This document shows, in pieces, positions 1 to 9,581 of a stretch of 64,000 nt of DNA. How positions within the stretch are numbered: the first letter of the stretch is position 1; every line of letters starts with the position of its first letter. The stretch is from Elusimicrobiota bacterium. Lineage in GTDB: Bacteria; Elusimicrobiota; Elusimicrobia; UBA1565; UBA9628. The position numbers and the translations under genes were made by a program. A model generated the notes under the pieces. That model did not search any database and had not been told where the DNA came from. It worked only from the letters and a program-made list of their open reading frames with translations. The stretch is from positions 1,486 through 65,485 of the forward strand of contig JACQPJ010000036.1 of assembly GCA_016207605.1 (NCBI GenBank), written 5' to 3'.

Positions 1-485
1 TACCAGCGGCGCGCGTTGGCGGAGCCGATCTTGGGCAGGACCCAGCAGGAGATCACGGCGGGCATGATGCCGAGCTTCGTCTCGGAAAAGCAGAGCTTGG
101 CGTCGTCGGCAAGCAGGGCGACGTCGCAGGCCGCGAGCAGGCCCAACCCCCCGCCGAAGACGCTGCCCTGGGCCGCGACGATGACCGGGACCGGGCATTC
201 GTCCACGGCCTTGAGCATGTCGAAAAAGCGCCGCGCGTCCTTTTTGCCCTCCGCCGGCGTCATGCGCCCGCCGGCGCGCATCCACTCGATGTCGGCCCCG
301 GCGCAGAAGTCCTTGCCCTCGCCGGTCACCAGCACGGCGCGCAGGGCGGGGTCCTTGGCCAGGGCGGAAAACGCCGCGGCGAGCTCCTCCAGGGCGGGGG
401 CGCCCATCGCGTTGCGCGCCTGGGGGCGGTTCAAGATCACGCGCGACAGCGGCCCCGGCTCCACGCGCAGGAACGTGTCGGCCAC
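1..485 (-). CDS. enoyl-CoA hydratase/isomerase (crotonase) family protein, C-terminus cut by window edge; probably methylglutaconyl-CoA hydratase given its neighbour
   Basis: Not in the ORF track. My translation of the minus strand from GTG at 485 gives VADTFLRVEPGPLSRVILNRPQARNAMG..VLVTGEGKDFCAGADIEWM..VAAQGSVFGGGLGLLAACD..SETKLGIMPAV, with no stops down to position 1. This is the crotonase-fold pattern. It starts 1 nt after the stop of the upstream carboxylase gene. Confidence 0.8.
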   Translation of the reverse strand, partial: MADTFLRVEPGPLSRVILNRPQARNAMGAPALEELAAAFSALAKDPALRAVLVTGEGKDFCAGADIEWMRAGGRMTPAEGKKDARRFFDMLKAVDECPVPVIVAAQGSVFGGGLGLLAACDVALLADDAKLCFSETKLGIMPAVISCWVLPKIGSANARRW

Positions 486-486
486 G

Positions 487-2172
487 CTACATCCGGAAGA
501 CGGGGCGGTGGAGCGGCTCGAGCGGCGCGTGGGCGGCCGCGGCCAGCGCCAGGGCCACGACCTCGCGGGTGTCCTCCGGCGCGATGATGCCGTCGTCCCA
601 GAGACGCGCGGTGCCGAAATAGGGATGCCCCTCGGCCTCGTACTGGACGCGGATGGGCGCCGAGATCGCCGCGGCGTCCTCCTCGGAGAGCGACCGGCCC
701 TGGCGCTTGAGCTGCTCGCCCTTGATGAGTGTCATCACGGTGGCGGCCTGCTCGGCGCCCATCACGGAAACCCGCGCATTGGGCCAGGTGAAGAGGAAGC
801 GCGCGCCGTAGGCGCGGCCGCACATGGCGTAGTTGCCCGCGCCGTTGGAGGAGCCCACGATCACCGTCACCTTGGGCACGCGCGCCGTGGACACCGCCTG
901 GACCAGCTTGGCGCCGTGCTTGATGATGCCGGCCTGCTCGACCTCCCGGCCGACCATGAATCCGGTGATGTTCTGCAGAAAAAGGAGCGGGACGCGGCGC
1001 TGGTCGCAGAGCTCGATGAAGTGCGCCCCCTTGAGCGACGCCTCGGCCAGCAGGATGCCGCGGTTGGCGACAATGCCGACGGCGCGGCCGCGGATTTTGG
1101 CGAAGCCACAGACCAGCGTGGTCCCGTAGAGCGCCTTGAACTCATGGAAGCGGGAGCCGTCGACGAGGCGCGCGATCAGCTCGCGCGGGTCGCAGGGGCG
1201 GCGCAGGTCGCGGTGCACGACGCCGTAGAGTTCCTCGGCCGGATGGAGGGGCTCTTCTCCTTCTCCGAGCTCGAAGCGCGGAAGGTTGAGGCTGGCGGCG
1301 ATGGAGCGGGCGATGCGCAGGGCGTGCGCGTCGTCGTCGGCCAGGTGGTCGGTCACGCCCGAGACGCGCGAGTGCATGTCGCCCCCGCCCAGCTCCTCGG
1401 CGGAGGACTCCTCGCCGGTGGCGGCCTTGACCAGCGGCGGCCCCCCCAGGTAGATCGTGCCCTGGCCGCGCACGATCACGGACTCGTCGGACATGGCCGG
1501 GACGTAGGCCCCGCCCGCCGTGCACATGCCCATCACCACCGAGATCTGGGGGATGCCCTTGGCCGACATCACGGCCTGATTGAAGAAGATGCGCCCGAAG
1601 TGCTCCTTGTCCGGGAACACCTCCGCCTGGCGGGGCAGGAACACCCCGCCCGAGTCCACCAGATAGACGCAGGGCAGGCGGTTCTCGAGGGCGATCTCCT
1701 GGGCGCGCAGGTGCTTGCGGATCGTCTCGGCGTAGTAGGTGCCGCCCTTGACCGTGGCGTCGTTGGCGGCGATCACGCACAGCCGCCCCGAAACCACGCC
1801 CAGGGCCGTGATCAGTCCGGCCGCGGGGACCTCGTCGTCGTAGAGGCCCAAGGCGGCCAGGGGCGAAAGCTCCAAAAACGGAGCTCCCGGGTCCACCAGC
1901 CGCTCCACCCGCTCGCGCGCGGTGAGCTTGCCCCGCAAGCGGTGCAGGTCCGCCGCCTTCTTGCTCCCCCCCGCCCGCGCCTTCGCCAGCTTCTCTTTGA
2001 GATCGGCCAACAACTCGCGATGGTGCTCGACGTTGGCCGCGTACTCCGAAGATCCGCGGTCCGCGGCGGAGCTCAGCGGCGGCACGTCGTCGAACTCGAC
2101 CATGGCCGTCATGATACAAAATCGGCCCGGGACGAAAACCCGACCGCTGGCCGCCGTGTTGCCTGCGTTCAT
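487..2172 (-). CDS. mccB: methylcrotonyl-CoA carboxylase carboxyltransferase (beta) subunit; true start may be the internal Met at 2112
   Basis: 561-aa ORF. It is collinear with acyl-CoA carboxylase beta chains and closest in my memory to MCCC2/Mcc[80 protein letters not shown]. Confidence 0.85.
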   Translation of the reverse strand: MNAGNTAASGRVFVPGRFCIMTAMVEFDDVPPLSSAADRGSSEYAANVEHHRELLADLKEKLAKARAGGSKKAADLHRLRGKLTARERVERLVDPGAPFLELSPLAALGLYDDEVPAAGLITALGVVSGRLCVIAANDATVKGGTYYAETIRKHLRAQEIALENRLPCVYLVDSGGVFLPRQAEVFPDKEHFGRIFFNQAVMSAKGIPQISVVMGMCTAGGAYVPAMSDESVIVRGQGTIYLGGPPLVKAATGEESSAEELGGGDMHSRVSGVTDHLADDDAHALRIARSIAASLNLPRFELGEGEEPLHPAEELYGVVHRDLRRPCDPRELIARLVDGSRFHEFKALYGTTLVCGFAKIRGRAVGIVANRGILLAEASLKGAHFIELCDQRRVPLLFLQNITGFMVGREVEQAGIIKHGAKLVQAVSTARVPKVTVIVGSSNGAGNYAMCGRAYGARFLFTWPNARVSVMGAEQAATVMTLIKGEQLKRQGRSLSEEDAAAISAPIRVQYEAEGHPYFGTARLWDDGIIAPEDTREVVALALAAAAHAPLEPLHRPVFRM

Positions 2173-2197
2173 ATAGGCCTTTCGACCCAGACGAGGC

Positions 2198-2241
2198 TAG
2201 GTCCAAAGACCATTATCAAAAGTTGATCTGGATCATATACT
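2198..2241 (+). promoter_or_regulatory. shared cis-module: TAGGTCCAAAGACC box (2198-2211), TTATCA -35-like (2213-2218), palindrome TTGATCTGGATCA (2223-2235), TATACT -10-like (2236-2241) 6 nt before the ATG
   Basis: Read directly. The same box-plus-palindrome arrangement recurs upstream of the genes starting at 9461, 13640 and about 25938. The spacer is AT-rich in a GC-rich genome. Confidence 0.5.
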
Positions 2242-2247
2242 ATCTTT

Positions 2248-3582
2248 ATGGCGCGCGAGCTGTTCGTCGACGTCGTCGTGGGAGCCTGGGCCGCGACGCT
2301 GCCCATGGCCGCGGCGGCCTCGATCGTGGGCGCTGCGGGCGTCTTCGGAAACGCGCCGATGAGGGCGCCGGTGATCGTGACCACCTTGGCCCTGGACATG
2401 ACCGGGGACGCGCTGGAGCTCAATGCCGTTGACGCTCTGAGAAACGCGCCCGACAACGCGCCCCTGCTCGTGGCCGCGGCGCTCCGAGAGCACGCGGCGG
2501 AACTTCCGGCCGGGCGGGCCGTCGTCGTTCACGACATGAGGGCCGTCGGCGTCTTTCCCAGCGGGCGCCGCGCCCTGTTCGTGCCGCTCGATCGCAACTC
2601 CGGCCCGGCCAATCTCAAAGCCGCGCGGATCGTCGAGAGCCTGCAGAGCGTCGCCGGCCACGCGGCAAGCTTGGTCGCCCGGCCCCATGCTGGCCCCGCG
2701 AACGCAGCCGCTCTGCACGCGCTCACGGACGCCTTCTACGACCTCCGCGCCAGCGCCGAGGCATCGGACGCCTCCGCCGAAGAACTCGTCCCGGACGATC
2801 TCGACGCGCAGATGCGGACCCGTTGGATCCGCGATCGGGAATACGACGCGCTTCTCCAGAACCACCGGCAGACGCGCGGCCCGCTTCTGGGCCGCCTTCC
2901 GGCGGAGCTGGCGGACGCTTTAGGCCCCTCCCGGCCGACCGACGCGGCCGTGCGCGCGATCGCCTCCGTCCTGCGCGCGGGAATTCGAACGAACTCGGAC
3001 GGGAACGTCCTGAGGGAGAGCGCCCAGACGGCCGCCGAAGCTGCGTCCCGCGTCGCGCCGGGCGTGCGCGTCTTCTACGCCGACAGCGGGAGCAAGGGAG
3101 ACGTCTACAGACTCGAGGCCGGCGGCCGCTCGTTCGCCCTCAAAATCTACCGCCAAGGCTCCGCCCAGGACGAATTCAGGGCGCTGACCTTCTTCGAGGC
3201 GATGGGCGCTCGCGACAGCATGCGCTCCCATGCCGCCGGAATCTTCGATCCGCAAGCCCCCCAAGCGGCGACCTGGCTGCTTTCCGAATGGATCGACCCG
3301 CGCCGTGCATTGACCCTGGAGGACTGGCTGGCGCGCGGGAGTCGTTGGATGCATGACATCGCCGAGGAGTACGGCGTCTACGTCAAGTTCTCGCATGACC
3401 GAATCCAAGGCATCCTGGTGGATCTCGGGGACGCCGTGCACAAAGACGACGCCTCCCTGGTTACGCCCTCTGAATTCAGGCTCAGCACGGCTTATCTGAA
3501 GGGCGGATTGGTTCGCTTTATCGCGCCGTGGAAGCACCTCCTCTTGCCGCCGTCCGGAGAGCAGCCGCGCCCGCCGCGATAG
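2248..3582 (+). CDS. hypothetical protein with hydrophobic N-terminus and a C-terminal region carrying protein-kinase-like motifs
   Basis: 444-aa ORF with a leaderless-type promoter. The C-terminal third shows a G-loop-like DSGSKGDVYRL, a FALKIY lysine, QDEFRALTFFE, and FSHDRIQGILVDLGD (HxD..DxG, atypically compressed). No family is confidently recognised. Confidence 0.55.
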   Translation: MARELFVDVVVGAWAATLPMAAAASIVGAAGVFGNAPMRAPVIVTTLALDMTGDALELNAVDALRNAPDNAPLLVAAALREHAAELPAGRAVVVHDMRAVGVFPSGRRALFVPLDRNSGPANLKAARIVESLQSVAGHAASLVARPHAGPANAAALHALTDAFYDLRASAEASDASAEELVPDDLDAQMRTRWIRDREYDALLQNHRQTRGPLLGRLPAELADALGPSRPTDAAVRAIASVLRAGIRTNSDGNVLRESAQTAAEAASRVAPGVRVFYADSGSKGDVYRLEAGGRSFALKIYRQGSAQDEFRALTFFEAMGARDSMRSHAAGIFDPQAPQAATWLLSEWIDPRRALTLEDWLARGSRWMHDIAEEYGVYVKFSHDRIQGILVDLGDAVHKDDASLVTPSEFRLSTAYLKGGLVRFIAPWKHLLLPPSGEQPRPPR

Positions 3583-3595
3583 GAAGCGGCGAGCC

Positions 3596-4861
3596 CTATT
3601 TGGCGGCGCCGGAGCGCTTGACGGAGGCGACGAGGCGCTCCAGGCGGTCGAGGCCGGCGTGCACGGACTTCTCCGAGGGGCCGAAGGAGAAGCGCACGTA
3701 GGAGCGGAAGCGCGAGCCGCGGCCCGAGCGCCTCTTGCCGGGGTTGACGTCGAAGAACTCCCCGGGGACGGTGATGACCTTGGCCTCCAGGCCCTTGCGA
3801 AAGAAGCCCATCCCGGTGTTGAGGGGCTTGGGCAGGCCCTCCACGTCGCCCCAGCAGTAGAAGGTGCCCTGCGGCGGGGCGTCGAGGCGCACGCCCATGG
3901 CCGTCAGGCGCTCCACCATCAAGTCGCGCTTGGGGCGGAAGGCGTCCGAGATGGCCTTGGCCTCGCCCTCGGCGCGCTTCAAGTCCACGAGCTCGACGGC
4001 CGCGCGCTGGAGCGGGCGCGAGCCGCCGCCGTCTAAAAAGGAGCCCGCCGAGGACACCGCCTGGATCACCGGCTTGGGCGCCAGGATCCAGCTCACGCGC
4101 AGGCCGGGATAGCGCCAGTTCTTGGTCAGTCCGTCCAGGATCACCACCGGATCGCGGTCCACGTCCTCGACGCAGGCGGCGGCGCTCAAGGGGCAGGCGC
4201 CGTCCCAGACGTAGTGGGAATAGAACTCGTCGAGGATCAGGGCGCAGTCGAGCTCGCGCGCCGCGGCCGTCCAGCCGGAGAGCTCCTCGCCGGAGACCAC
4301 CTGTCCGGTGGGGTTGCAGGGATTGGAAGCCAGCACCGCGCCCAGCCCCCGGCCCAGGACCTCGCGCCGGAACTCCGCGGCCGGGAAGGCGTAGCCGCGC
4401 TCCGGCTCGCGCAGGATGGGGATGGAGGCGAAGGAGCGGAAGACGTCGAGAAGCTCCTCGTAGGCCGTGTAGTCCGGCAGGAAATGGCCCAAGTTGACGT
4501 GGCCCAGCGCCGCGGCTACGCGCGTGAGCGCCGCGCGCCCCCCGCCCGCGATGGCCACGTTCTCGGCGCCGTAGCGGCTCCCCCGCCCGCGGCGGTAGCG
4601 CGCGTTGTAGAGGCCGGCCACGGCCTCGCGCAGCTCCCAGATGCCGGGGATGGGCGCGTACTCCAGGTCCCCGGGCAGCACCGGCACGGACTTCAGGCGC
4701 GGCGGGCCGCCCGGCAGAGGCCCCACCTCCGGCATGCCCTGGCCGAGGTTGGACCAGCCGGGGTCGTCCGGGGAGTAGCCGGCCGCGGCCGCCTCGGTCA
4801 TCACGTAGATGACCCCGGTCCGGGGCACGGCGCGAAACGACGGGATGAGGGGTTCGCTCAT
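3596..4861 (-). CDS. PLP-dependent aminotransferase, class I/II (aspartate/aromatic type)
   Basis: 421 aa. Motifs: SNPCNPTG, a LTKNWRYPGLRVSW lysine motif, and overall fold-type I layout. Confidence 0.85.
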   Translation of the reverse strand: MSEPLIPSFRAVPRTGVIYVMTEAAAAGYSPDDPGWSNLGQGMPEVGPLPGGPPRLKSVPVLPGDLEYAPIPGIWELREAVAGLYNARYRRGRGSRYGAENVAIAGGGRAALTRVAAALGHVNLGHFLPDYTAYEELLDVFRSFASIPILREPERGYAFPAAEFRREVLGRGLGAVLASNPCNPTGQVVSGEELSGWTAAARELDCALILDEFYSHYVWDGACPLSAAACVEDVDRDPVVILDGLTKNWRYPGLRVSWILAPKPVIQAVSSAGSFLDGGGSRPLQRAAVELVDLKRAEGEAKAISDAFRPKRDLMVERLTAMGVRLDAPPQGTFYCWGDVEGLPKPLNTGMGFFRKGLEAKVITVPGEFFDVNPGKRRSGRGSRFRSYVRFSFGPSEKSVHAGLDRLERLVASVKRSGAAK

Positions 4862-4870
4862 GGGATCCGC

Positions 4871-4899
4871 TTTACCCGGCTATCGCGGCGTGTTAGAAT
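4871..4899 (+). promoter_or_regulatory. sigma70-like promoter TTTACC-17 nt-TAGAAT, with the -10 ending 7 nt before the ATG at 4907 (leaderless-type)
   Basis: Hexamers and spacing read directly from the sequence. Confidence 0.45.
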
Positions 4900-4906
4900 A
4901 CAAATT

Positions 4907-5656
4907 ATGACGGACCGGACGAATTCCCCTGCAAAAAAGCGGCGCCGCCCCCTCATCGCGATCAATTGCGATTACGATCCCGGAAAACCGGGCGCCCGCA
5001 TACGTCGGCAAGCCACGCTCTACATGCCCTACATCGAGGCCGTCGTCGAGGCCGGAGGCCTTCCCCTGCTCGTGCCGCCCTCTCCGCCCGGGGTCCTGAA
5101 GGAATACCTGGCCCGAGCCGATGGAATCCTGTTCACGGGCGGCCTGGACTATCCGCCAAGCTTCTACAGCCAGACGGCCCGGCCCGAAGTCGTCGTCCAG
5201 CCCCTCCGGCGCGCCGAGAGCGACCGCAGCCTCATGCGCTTGGTTTTGGATTCCTCAAAGCCGGCCATGGGGATATGCGCCGGCCTCCAGCTCATGAACA
5301 TCACGAAAGGCGGGGCTCTCATCCAGCACCTGCCCAACGCGCCCGAGCACAAGGCGGTCCATGCGGAAAAGGACTCGGCCCACTCCGTATCCGTGCTCTC
5401 CGGCACCCGCCTGCGGCGCATCTTCGGCGCGGGCTCGATCACGGTCAACTCCTCGCACCACCAGGCCGCGGACCCGCGGCGCTTGGCGCCCGGGCTGAGG
5501 GTGGCCGCCAAGGCGCCGGACGGCACCATCGAGGCGCTCGAGCTTCAAGACGCCAAGGGCCGCTTCTTTTTGTTCGTCCAGTGGCACCCCGAGCGCATCC
5601 CCGACAGCGAGCACAGGCGCCGGCTCTTCAGGGCCTTCGTGGCGGCCTGCGGCTAG
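4907..5656 (+). CDS. gamma-glutamyl-gamma-aminobutyrate hydrolase family protein (peptidase C26, class I glutamine amidotransferase-like)
   Basis: The track ORF 4214..5656 is trimmed to the in-frame ATG at 4907, because its upstream part is antisense to the aminotransferase. Motifs: GICAGLQLMN nucleophile elbow, FVQWHPE His/Glu motif, PLIAINCDY N-terminus. Confidence 0.8.
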   Translation: MTDRTNSPAKKRRRPLIAINCDYDPGKPGARIRRQATLYMPYIEAVVEAGGLPLLVPPSPPGVLKEYLARADGILFTGGLDYPPSFYSQTARPEVVVQPLRRAESDRSLMRLVLDSSKPAMGICAGLQLMNITKGGALIQHLPNAPEHKAVHAEKDSAHSVSVLSGTRLRRIFGAGSITVNSSHHQAADPRRLAPGLRVAAKAPDGTIEALELQDAKGRFFLFVQWHPERIPDSEHRRRLFRAFVAACG

Positions 5657-7458
5657 GGCTTCCGATCCGTCCGGTAGATCGGATAGAGGTCCTTGCGCTC
5701 GTCCCAGGAAGAGTGGCGGCGATAGAAAAAGGCCAGCCGAGCCTTGGAATCCTTGGCAAAATCCGGGTCGCCGGCGAGCTTGGCTTCGAACGTCTCCTTC
5801 AGCTCGGGGTCCTTGGCCAGCATCTCGCGCGCCGCCGCCTCGACGACGTAGTCCTCCATGTATTCCTTCTGCTCGAAGGCCATGTTGAAAAACCCCCATG
5901 CCGCCAAGGAATCCGGGCCCCGGGGATCGAGAAGATGCGCCAGCAAACGCGCGCCCCTCTGCGCGGAGGGAACATATAAGGAACCGGCGGGCAACGAACG
6001 CGTCTCCGACGTCCAGGAGCCTTTCAAGTCGAGCCTCTGGCGGCCTTCCACGGATCCCGCAGCGAATTTTGTCTCGGTCGCGCGGAACACCTCGACCGGC
6101 AGGGAAACGGCCTCCGCGATCACGTCGCAAGAAAAGCCGTGCCGCTTGAGCTTTTCGGACACGAGCCCCGCCCAGGCGGCGGGCACCACGTAGCCCCCCT
6201 TGGGAAGCCGCGCGCGGACGGCCGGCCGCAACTCGTCGAACAAAGGGATATTCCAGATCCGCGGCGCGGAGTCGTCGTAGCGGATCCAGGGCTGGCCCGA
6301 AACCGTGGACGGCTCCCGGACGTAGGCATAGCCCCGAAAGCCGATCGGCCGGGATTTCCCGGTGCTCTCGAGCGCCAACGCCACCTCGGCGGGGCCCCCG
6401 CGGCGGTCCTCCGCATCCTGAGCCTCGGCGCCCCGGATCCATCCCGCGCCGTCTTGCGCCGCGAGCTCCAGGAAGTCCAGGACCACGTCCCGCGTCGCGC
6501 GCACCCGCGCGGCGTAGTCCTTCCAGGAATGGGTCTCCACCAGCACCGCCAGGCGGTTGCGCAGCGGCCAATACCCATCGCTGAACCGAGGCGGGGAGAC
6601 GTCCACGGAGAAGCCGGACGCGGGGTCGTCCTTCCTGTTGAGCGCGGGATAGAACTCGATGATGGGGAGATGTCCTTGAGCCTGGAGCTTCTTAAAAACG
6701 GCGTCGCGCGCGGCCGCCGCCGGGCCGCGCAGGCGCGCCGGCCCGTCCTGGGTCGGCGCGACCAGAACGGCCACGTCGTGCTCGAACTTCGATCCGTCCG
6801 TCGTGTGCAGGTCCATGTATAAGATGGGATCCCACGCCGCCAGCAAAGCGAGCATCGCGGCCATCTCCGGAGTGTCCGCCTTGGCGTAGTCGCGATTCAA
6901 GTTCAGGTTCTGAGCCGTCACGCGCCACCCCATCTCCTCGGGGCCGTTCTGGTTGGGGCGATTGTTGGGGCCGAAGCGCTCGTGGCCGTCCGGGTTGAAG
7001 ACCGGGACGAAGACGAGGGTCACGCGCTCCAGCACGCCCGGCAGGACCGTCCCGTCCAGGAGCTCGCGCAGGAGCCAGAACCCCGCGTCCTTGCCCTCGA
7101 TCTCTCCAGGGTGGATGCCGCCCTGGACCATGACGACGACGCGGCTGCCGGCGCGCGCCGACGCGGGATCGAGCGCGCCGTCGGCCGAAGCCGCCAAAAA
7201 GACCATCGGCCGGCCCTCCGCCGTCGTCCCGAACCGCCCGCAGCTCACCCGCCCCGGGTAGCGCGCCGCGAAGGCCCCGCAGAGGGCCTCTGCCTCCGCA
7301 TAGCGCCCCGTCCGCCTCCAGCCGCTCCTCTCGGCAACGGTGGTCAAGGACGCCTGCGCCGAGACAAGCGCGGGACAAAAAACCGCCAAAAACGCCCAAA
7401 GCGGCATGCCGCGCCGCGAGAGGGCCCGGAATAGCTTACGGAGAGGGGAATCGTTCAC
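5653..7458 (-). CDS. secreted M14-family zinc carboxypeptidase
   Basis: 601 aa. It has an N-terminal signal-like segment (PLWAFLAVFCPALVSAQA), GGIHPGEIEG (HxxE zinc motif) and YMDLHTTDG (second His). It starts 8 nt after the stop of the ATP-grasp gene at 7467, so it is probably co-transcribed. Confidence 0.75.
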   Translation of the reverse strand: MNDSPLRKLFRALSRRGMPLWAFLAVFCPALVSAQASLTTVAERSGWRRTGRYAEAEALCGAFAARYPGRVSCGRFGTTAEGRPMVFLAASADGALDPASARAGSRVVVMVQGGIHPGEIEGKDAGFWLLRELLDGTVLPGVLERVTLVFVPVFNPDGHERFGPNNRPNQNGPEEMGWRVTAQNLNLNRDYAKADTPEMAAMLALLAAWDPILYMDLHTTDGSKFEHDVAVLVAPTQDGPARLRGPAAAARDAVFKKLQAQGHLPIIEFYPALNRKDDPASGFSVDVSPPRFSDGYWPLRNRLAVLVETHSWKDYAARVRATRDVVLDFLELAAQDGAGWIRGAEAQDAEDRRGGPAEVALALESTGKSRPIGFRGYAYVREPSTVSGQPWIRYDDSAPRIWNIPLFDELRPAVRARLPKGGYVVPAAWAGLVSEKLKRHGFSCDVIAEAVSLPVEVFRATETKFAAGSVEGRQRLDLKGSWTSETRSLPAGSLYVPSAQRGARLLAHLLDPRGPDSLAAWGFFNMAFEQKEYMEDYVVEAAAREMLAKDPELKETFEAKLAGDPDFAKDSKARLAFFYRRHSSWDERKDLYPIYRTDRKP

Positions 7459-7466
7459 GGCAAACG

Positions 7467-9461
7467 CTAATGAGCCGCGCCCTTGCCGTTGGGTGAGGGG
7501 GCCGCCGGAGCCACCTCGACCCGGAGATCATGGCGCCGCCTCTGCTCGGCGTAGTTGCGGCGAGCCTCTCGCGGCGTGTTCCCCTCAACCGCATAGAGCG
7601 CAACAGGGGTCAATTTCAAGGGGTCCGCCTGCAGGGGCTCGCCCGGGGCCTTGGCGCCCACTCCGGACGCCCAAACGACATCGGCCTGCCGCGCGTCCTC
7701 CCAACCCCGGATGCCCAGCAAAGTTCCCGCCCGCGGCGGAAACAGGATGCGCCCGTAAATGTGCTTCATCGGCTTGGGGCTGGCCGCGGGTCGACCCCGA
7801 ATCCCGAGCGCGATCATGGCATGCTCCAGCACCAAGTTGACGCCGAAGACCTCCTGATGGAACGGAACAAACGGCCGCCCCGGCACGCGCGGGTTGGCGT
7901 CAACGACGTACATGTCCCCGTGCCCGTCAATGATTATCTCGAAATGAAAGATGCCGTCCTCAGCGCCGGCGGCCCGGGCCAGCGCGACGGCCTCCTTCAA
8001 GGCGCGCGCCTGGCGCTTGTTGCCCAGCGTGGACGGGAGGGTGAGCCCCGTCAGCGCCGCGGACCCCCTGCGGGGCCGATGATTGTCGGCGATGCGGCCG
8101 TACAAAAGCTCGCCGTCGCGCAGCGCGAAGTCAACGGAAATCTGGCGGCCCTCAAGCAGACGCGCAAACGTGATGCCGAGGTCCGGGTCAAAGGTCTCGT
8201 TATGGACCATGCCGTCGGAACGCGCGGCGGACTCCGCGTGGATCTTGCGCGCGAGCCTGCGGGCCTGCTCGCGGGCCTCGGCGACGGTGCGCACCTTGAC
8301 GACGCCGTCGGAAGAGCCCCCGGTCGCGGGCTTGAGGACGGCGGGCACGCCGACTTCCCGCAAAGCCCGCTCCAGATCGCCCTCGTCCACTTCCCCCTCC
8401 CGCAAACGGACCCTCAGGGACGCAAGCACGGGCAAGCCGGCCCTTGCGGCCAAGACCGGCAGGTTCGCCTTGTCGCGCAGGGCCTGGACCGCCTCGTAAG
8501 ACATATGACGCAAGCCCCAGCGCTGGGCCATCAGCGCCGAGACGTCCACGTCGTCTTCGACGAAGGAAAGGATGCCGTCGCCGCGGATGCCGGCGCGCTC
8601 GACCGCCTCCACGGACAAGCGCGCGAGCCGCCGGCGCCGTTCCTGGTGGGTTTCGCCGTCTTTCGCGGGAATGTCAACCCGCACGACTTTCTCCACGAAC
8701 GGTTCGGGAGGATATCTCGTGTAGATATCCTCAGCCTCGTCCGATTCACGGAGGTAAACCAGGATCACCTTGACTCCGGCGGACGTGAGCATCTCCAGGT
8801 TCTTCTGGTGCTGAGGACCGACGGCATAGCCCACGACGATGAGGACCTTGTCCTGCATGGCGGCCAGGCGCTCGCCTTGGGAAACGGGCTCGGTCTCGCG
8901 GCGCCGGTGCGCGCCGTCAAAGCCGTCGCCGATGAGGGCCGGCGGCTGTTCCGCGAAAGCTTCGAGCTGGACCTGCGCGCCCTGTTGTTCCTCGAGCGCG
9001 GGAGCGTCGGGAGCGGGAGCGGTCGCCCGAAGTGATTGGGAATCGGCGGACGCCGGACGCGCCGAACGCTGAGACCGAAGCCTCCGGCCGCTCCGCGCGA
9101 AGGCGCCGCGAGCCGTGCCCGAGGGCCGCGCCGCAACGCGGGATTCCTCCCGGCCGGTCGCCGTCAATGCCGGAGCCGGCGCGAGCTCCGCGATTTGACC
9201 CGCGGCGGCGGCCCCGGGCTGGGCGAGGACAAACGGCTCGGGCAACCCTTCGAATCCGGCGCCCAAGACAACCTCCAGCGGCGCCGCGTCCTCCAACGGC
9301 AGAGATTGAATCTCAATCGCCGGGCTTTCGGCGACGACGTTCAGCACTCGCGATTGCCCGAAAGACGCCGTCCGCGACCCCGCGAAGAGGACCGCGCCCG
9401 CGGCCCATCCCGCCGCCAGGAAACCGGAACCCCGCCGCCACGCGTTGTCTCGATGCATCAT
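7467..9461 (-). CDS. ATP-grasp domain protein with an N-terminal twin-Arg/hydrophobic export-like segment and a long Ala/Pro/Ser/Arg-rich linker
   Basis: 664 aa. Motifs: GVPAVLKPATGGSSDGVVKVRTVAEA (ATP-grasp Lys/Gly-rich loop), GIFHFEIIIDGHGDMYVVDANPRVPG (Mg/ATP-site E/D-x-N). The pre-domain is DKVLIVVGYAVG..GVKVILVY and the N-terminus is WRRGSGFLAAGWAAGAVLFAG. Confidence 0.75.
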   Translation of the reverse strand: MMHRDNAWRRGSGFLAAGWAAGAVLFAGSRTASFGQSRVLNVVAESPAIEIQSLPLEDAAPLEVVLGAGFEGLPEPFVLAQPGAAAAGQIAELAPAPALTATGREESRVAARPSGTARGAFARSGRRLRSQRSARPASADSQSLRATAPAPDAPALEEQQGAQVQLEAFAEQPPALIGDGFDGAHRRRETEPVSQGERLAAMQDKVLIVVGYAVGPQHQKNLEMLTSAGVKVILVYLRESDEAEDIYTRYPPEPFVEKVVRVDIPAKDGETHQERRRRLARLSVEAVERAGIRGDGILSFVEDDVDVSALMAQRWGLRHMSYEAVQALRDKANLPVLAARAGLPVLASLRVRLREGEVDEGDLERALREVGVPAVLKPATGGSSDGVVKVRTVAEAREQARRLARKIHAESAARSDGMVHNETFDPDLGITFARLLEGRQISVDFALRDGELLYGRIADNHRPRRGSAALTGLTLPSTLGNKRQARALKEAVALARAAGAEDGIFHFEIIIDGHGDMYVVDANPRVPGRPFVPFHQEVFGVNLVLEHAMIALGIRGRPAASPKPMKHIYGRILFPPRAGTLLGIRGWEDARQADVVWASGVGAKAPGEPLQADPLKLTPVALYAVEGNTPREARRNYAEQRRRHDLRVEVAPAAPSPNGKGAAH

Positions 9462-9468
9462 TCTTTTT

Positions 9469-9513
9469 ATTATAGCGAGAATTGACCTAGATCAACCAGG
9501 ACCTTTGGACCTA
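9469..9513 (-). promoter_or_regulatory. shared cis-module (gene orientation): TAGGTCCAAAGGTCC box (9499-9513), palindrome TTGATCTAGGTCAA (9482-9495), TATAAT (9469-9474) 7 nt before the ATG at 9461
   Basis: Read directly. The distance from box to -10 is 24 nt, identical to the module at 2198-2241. Confidence 0.5.
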
Positions 9514-9581
9514 CCTCCATCTAGGCCTAATGGCCCCGCGCTCAGCACGCGCCTGACGCGGCGCAACCGCCGCCGGCAAGC

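Noticed and set aside
16-2226. 736-aa plus-strand ORF spanning the first 2.2 kb
   Set aside because: It is antisense to two well-supported genes (crotonase and MccB). Its composition is Arg/Ala/Gly/Pro-rich and low in complexity, as expected for a GC-rich antisense frame, and it has no recognisable motifs.
9469-9497. Assigning the TTGATC half of the palindrome as the -35 hexamer of the 9461 promoter
   Set aside because: The spacing to TATAAT would be 15 nt, which is too short, and the alternatives GTTGAT and GGTTGA fit poorly. The role of the palindrome (operator versus promoter element) is left open.
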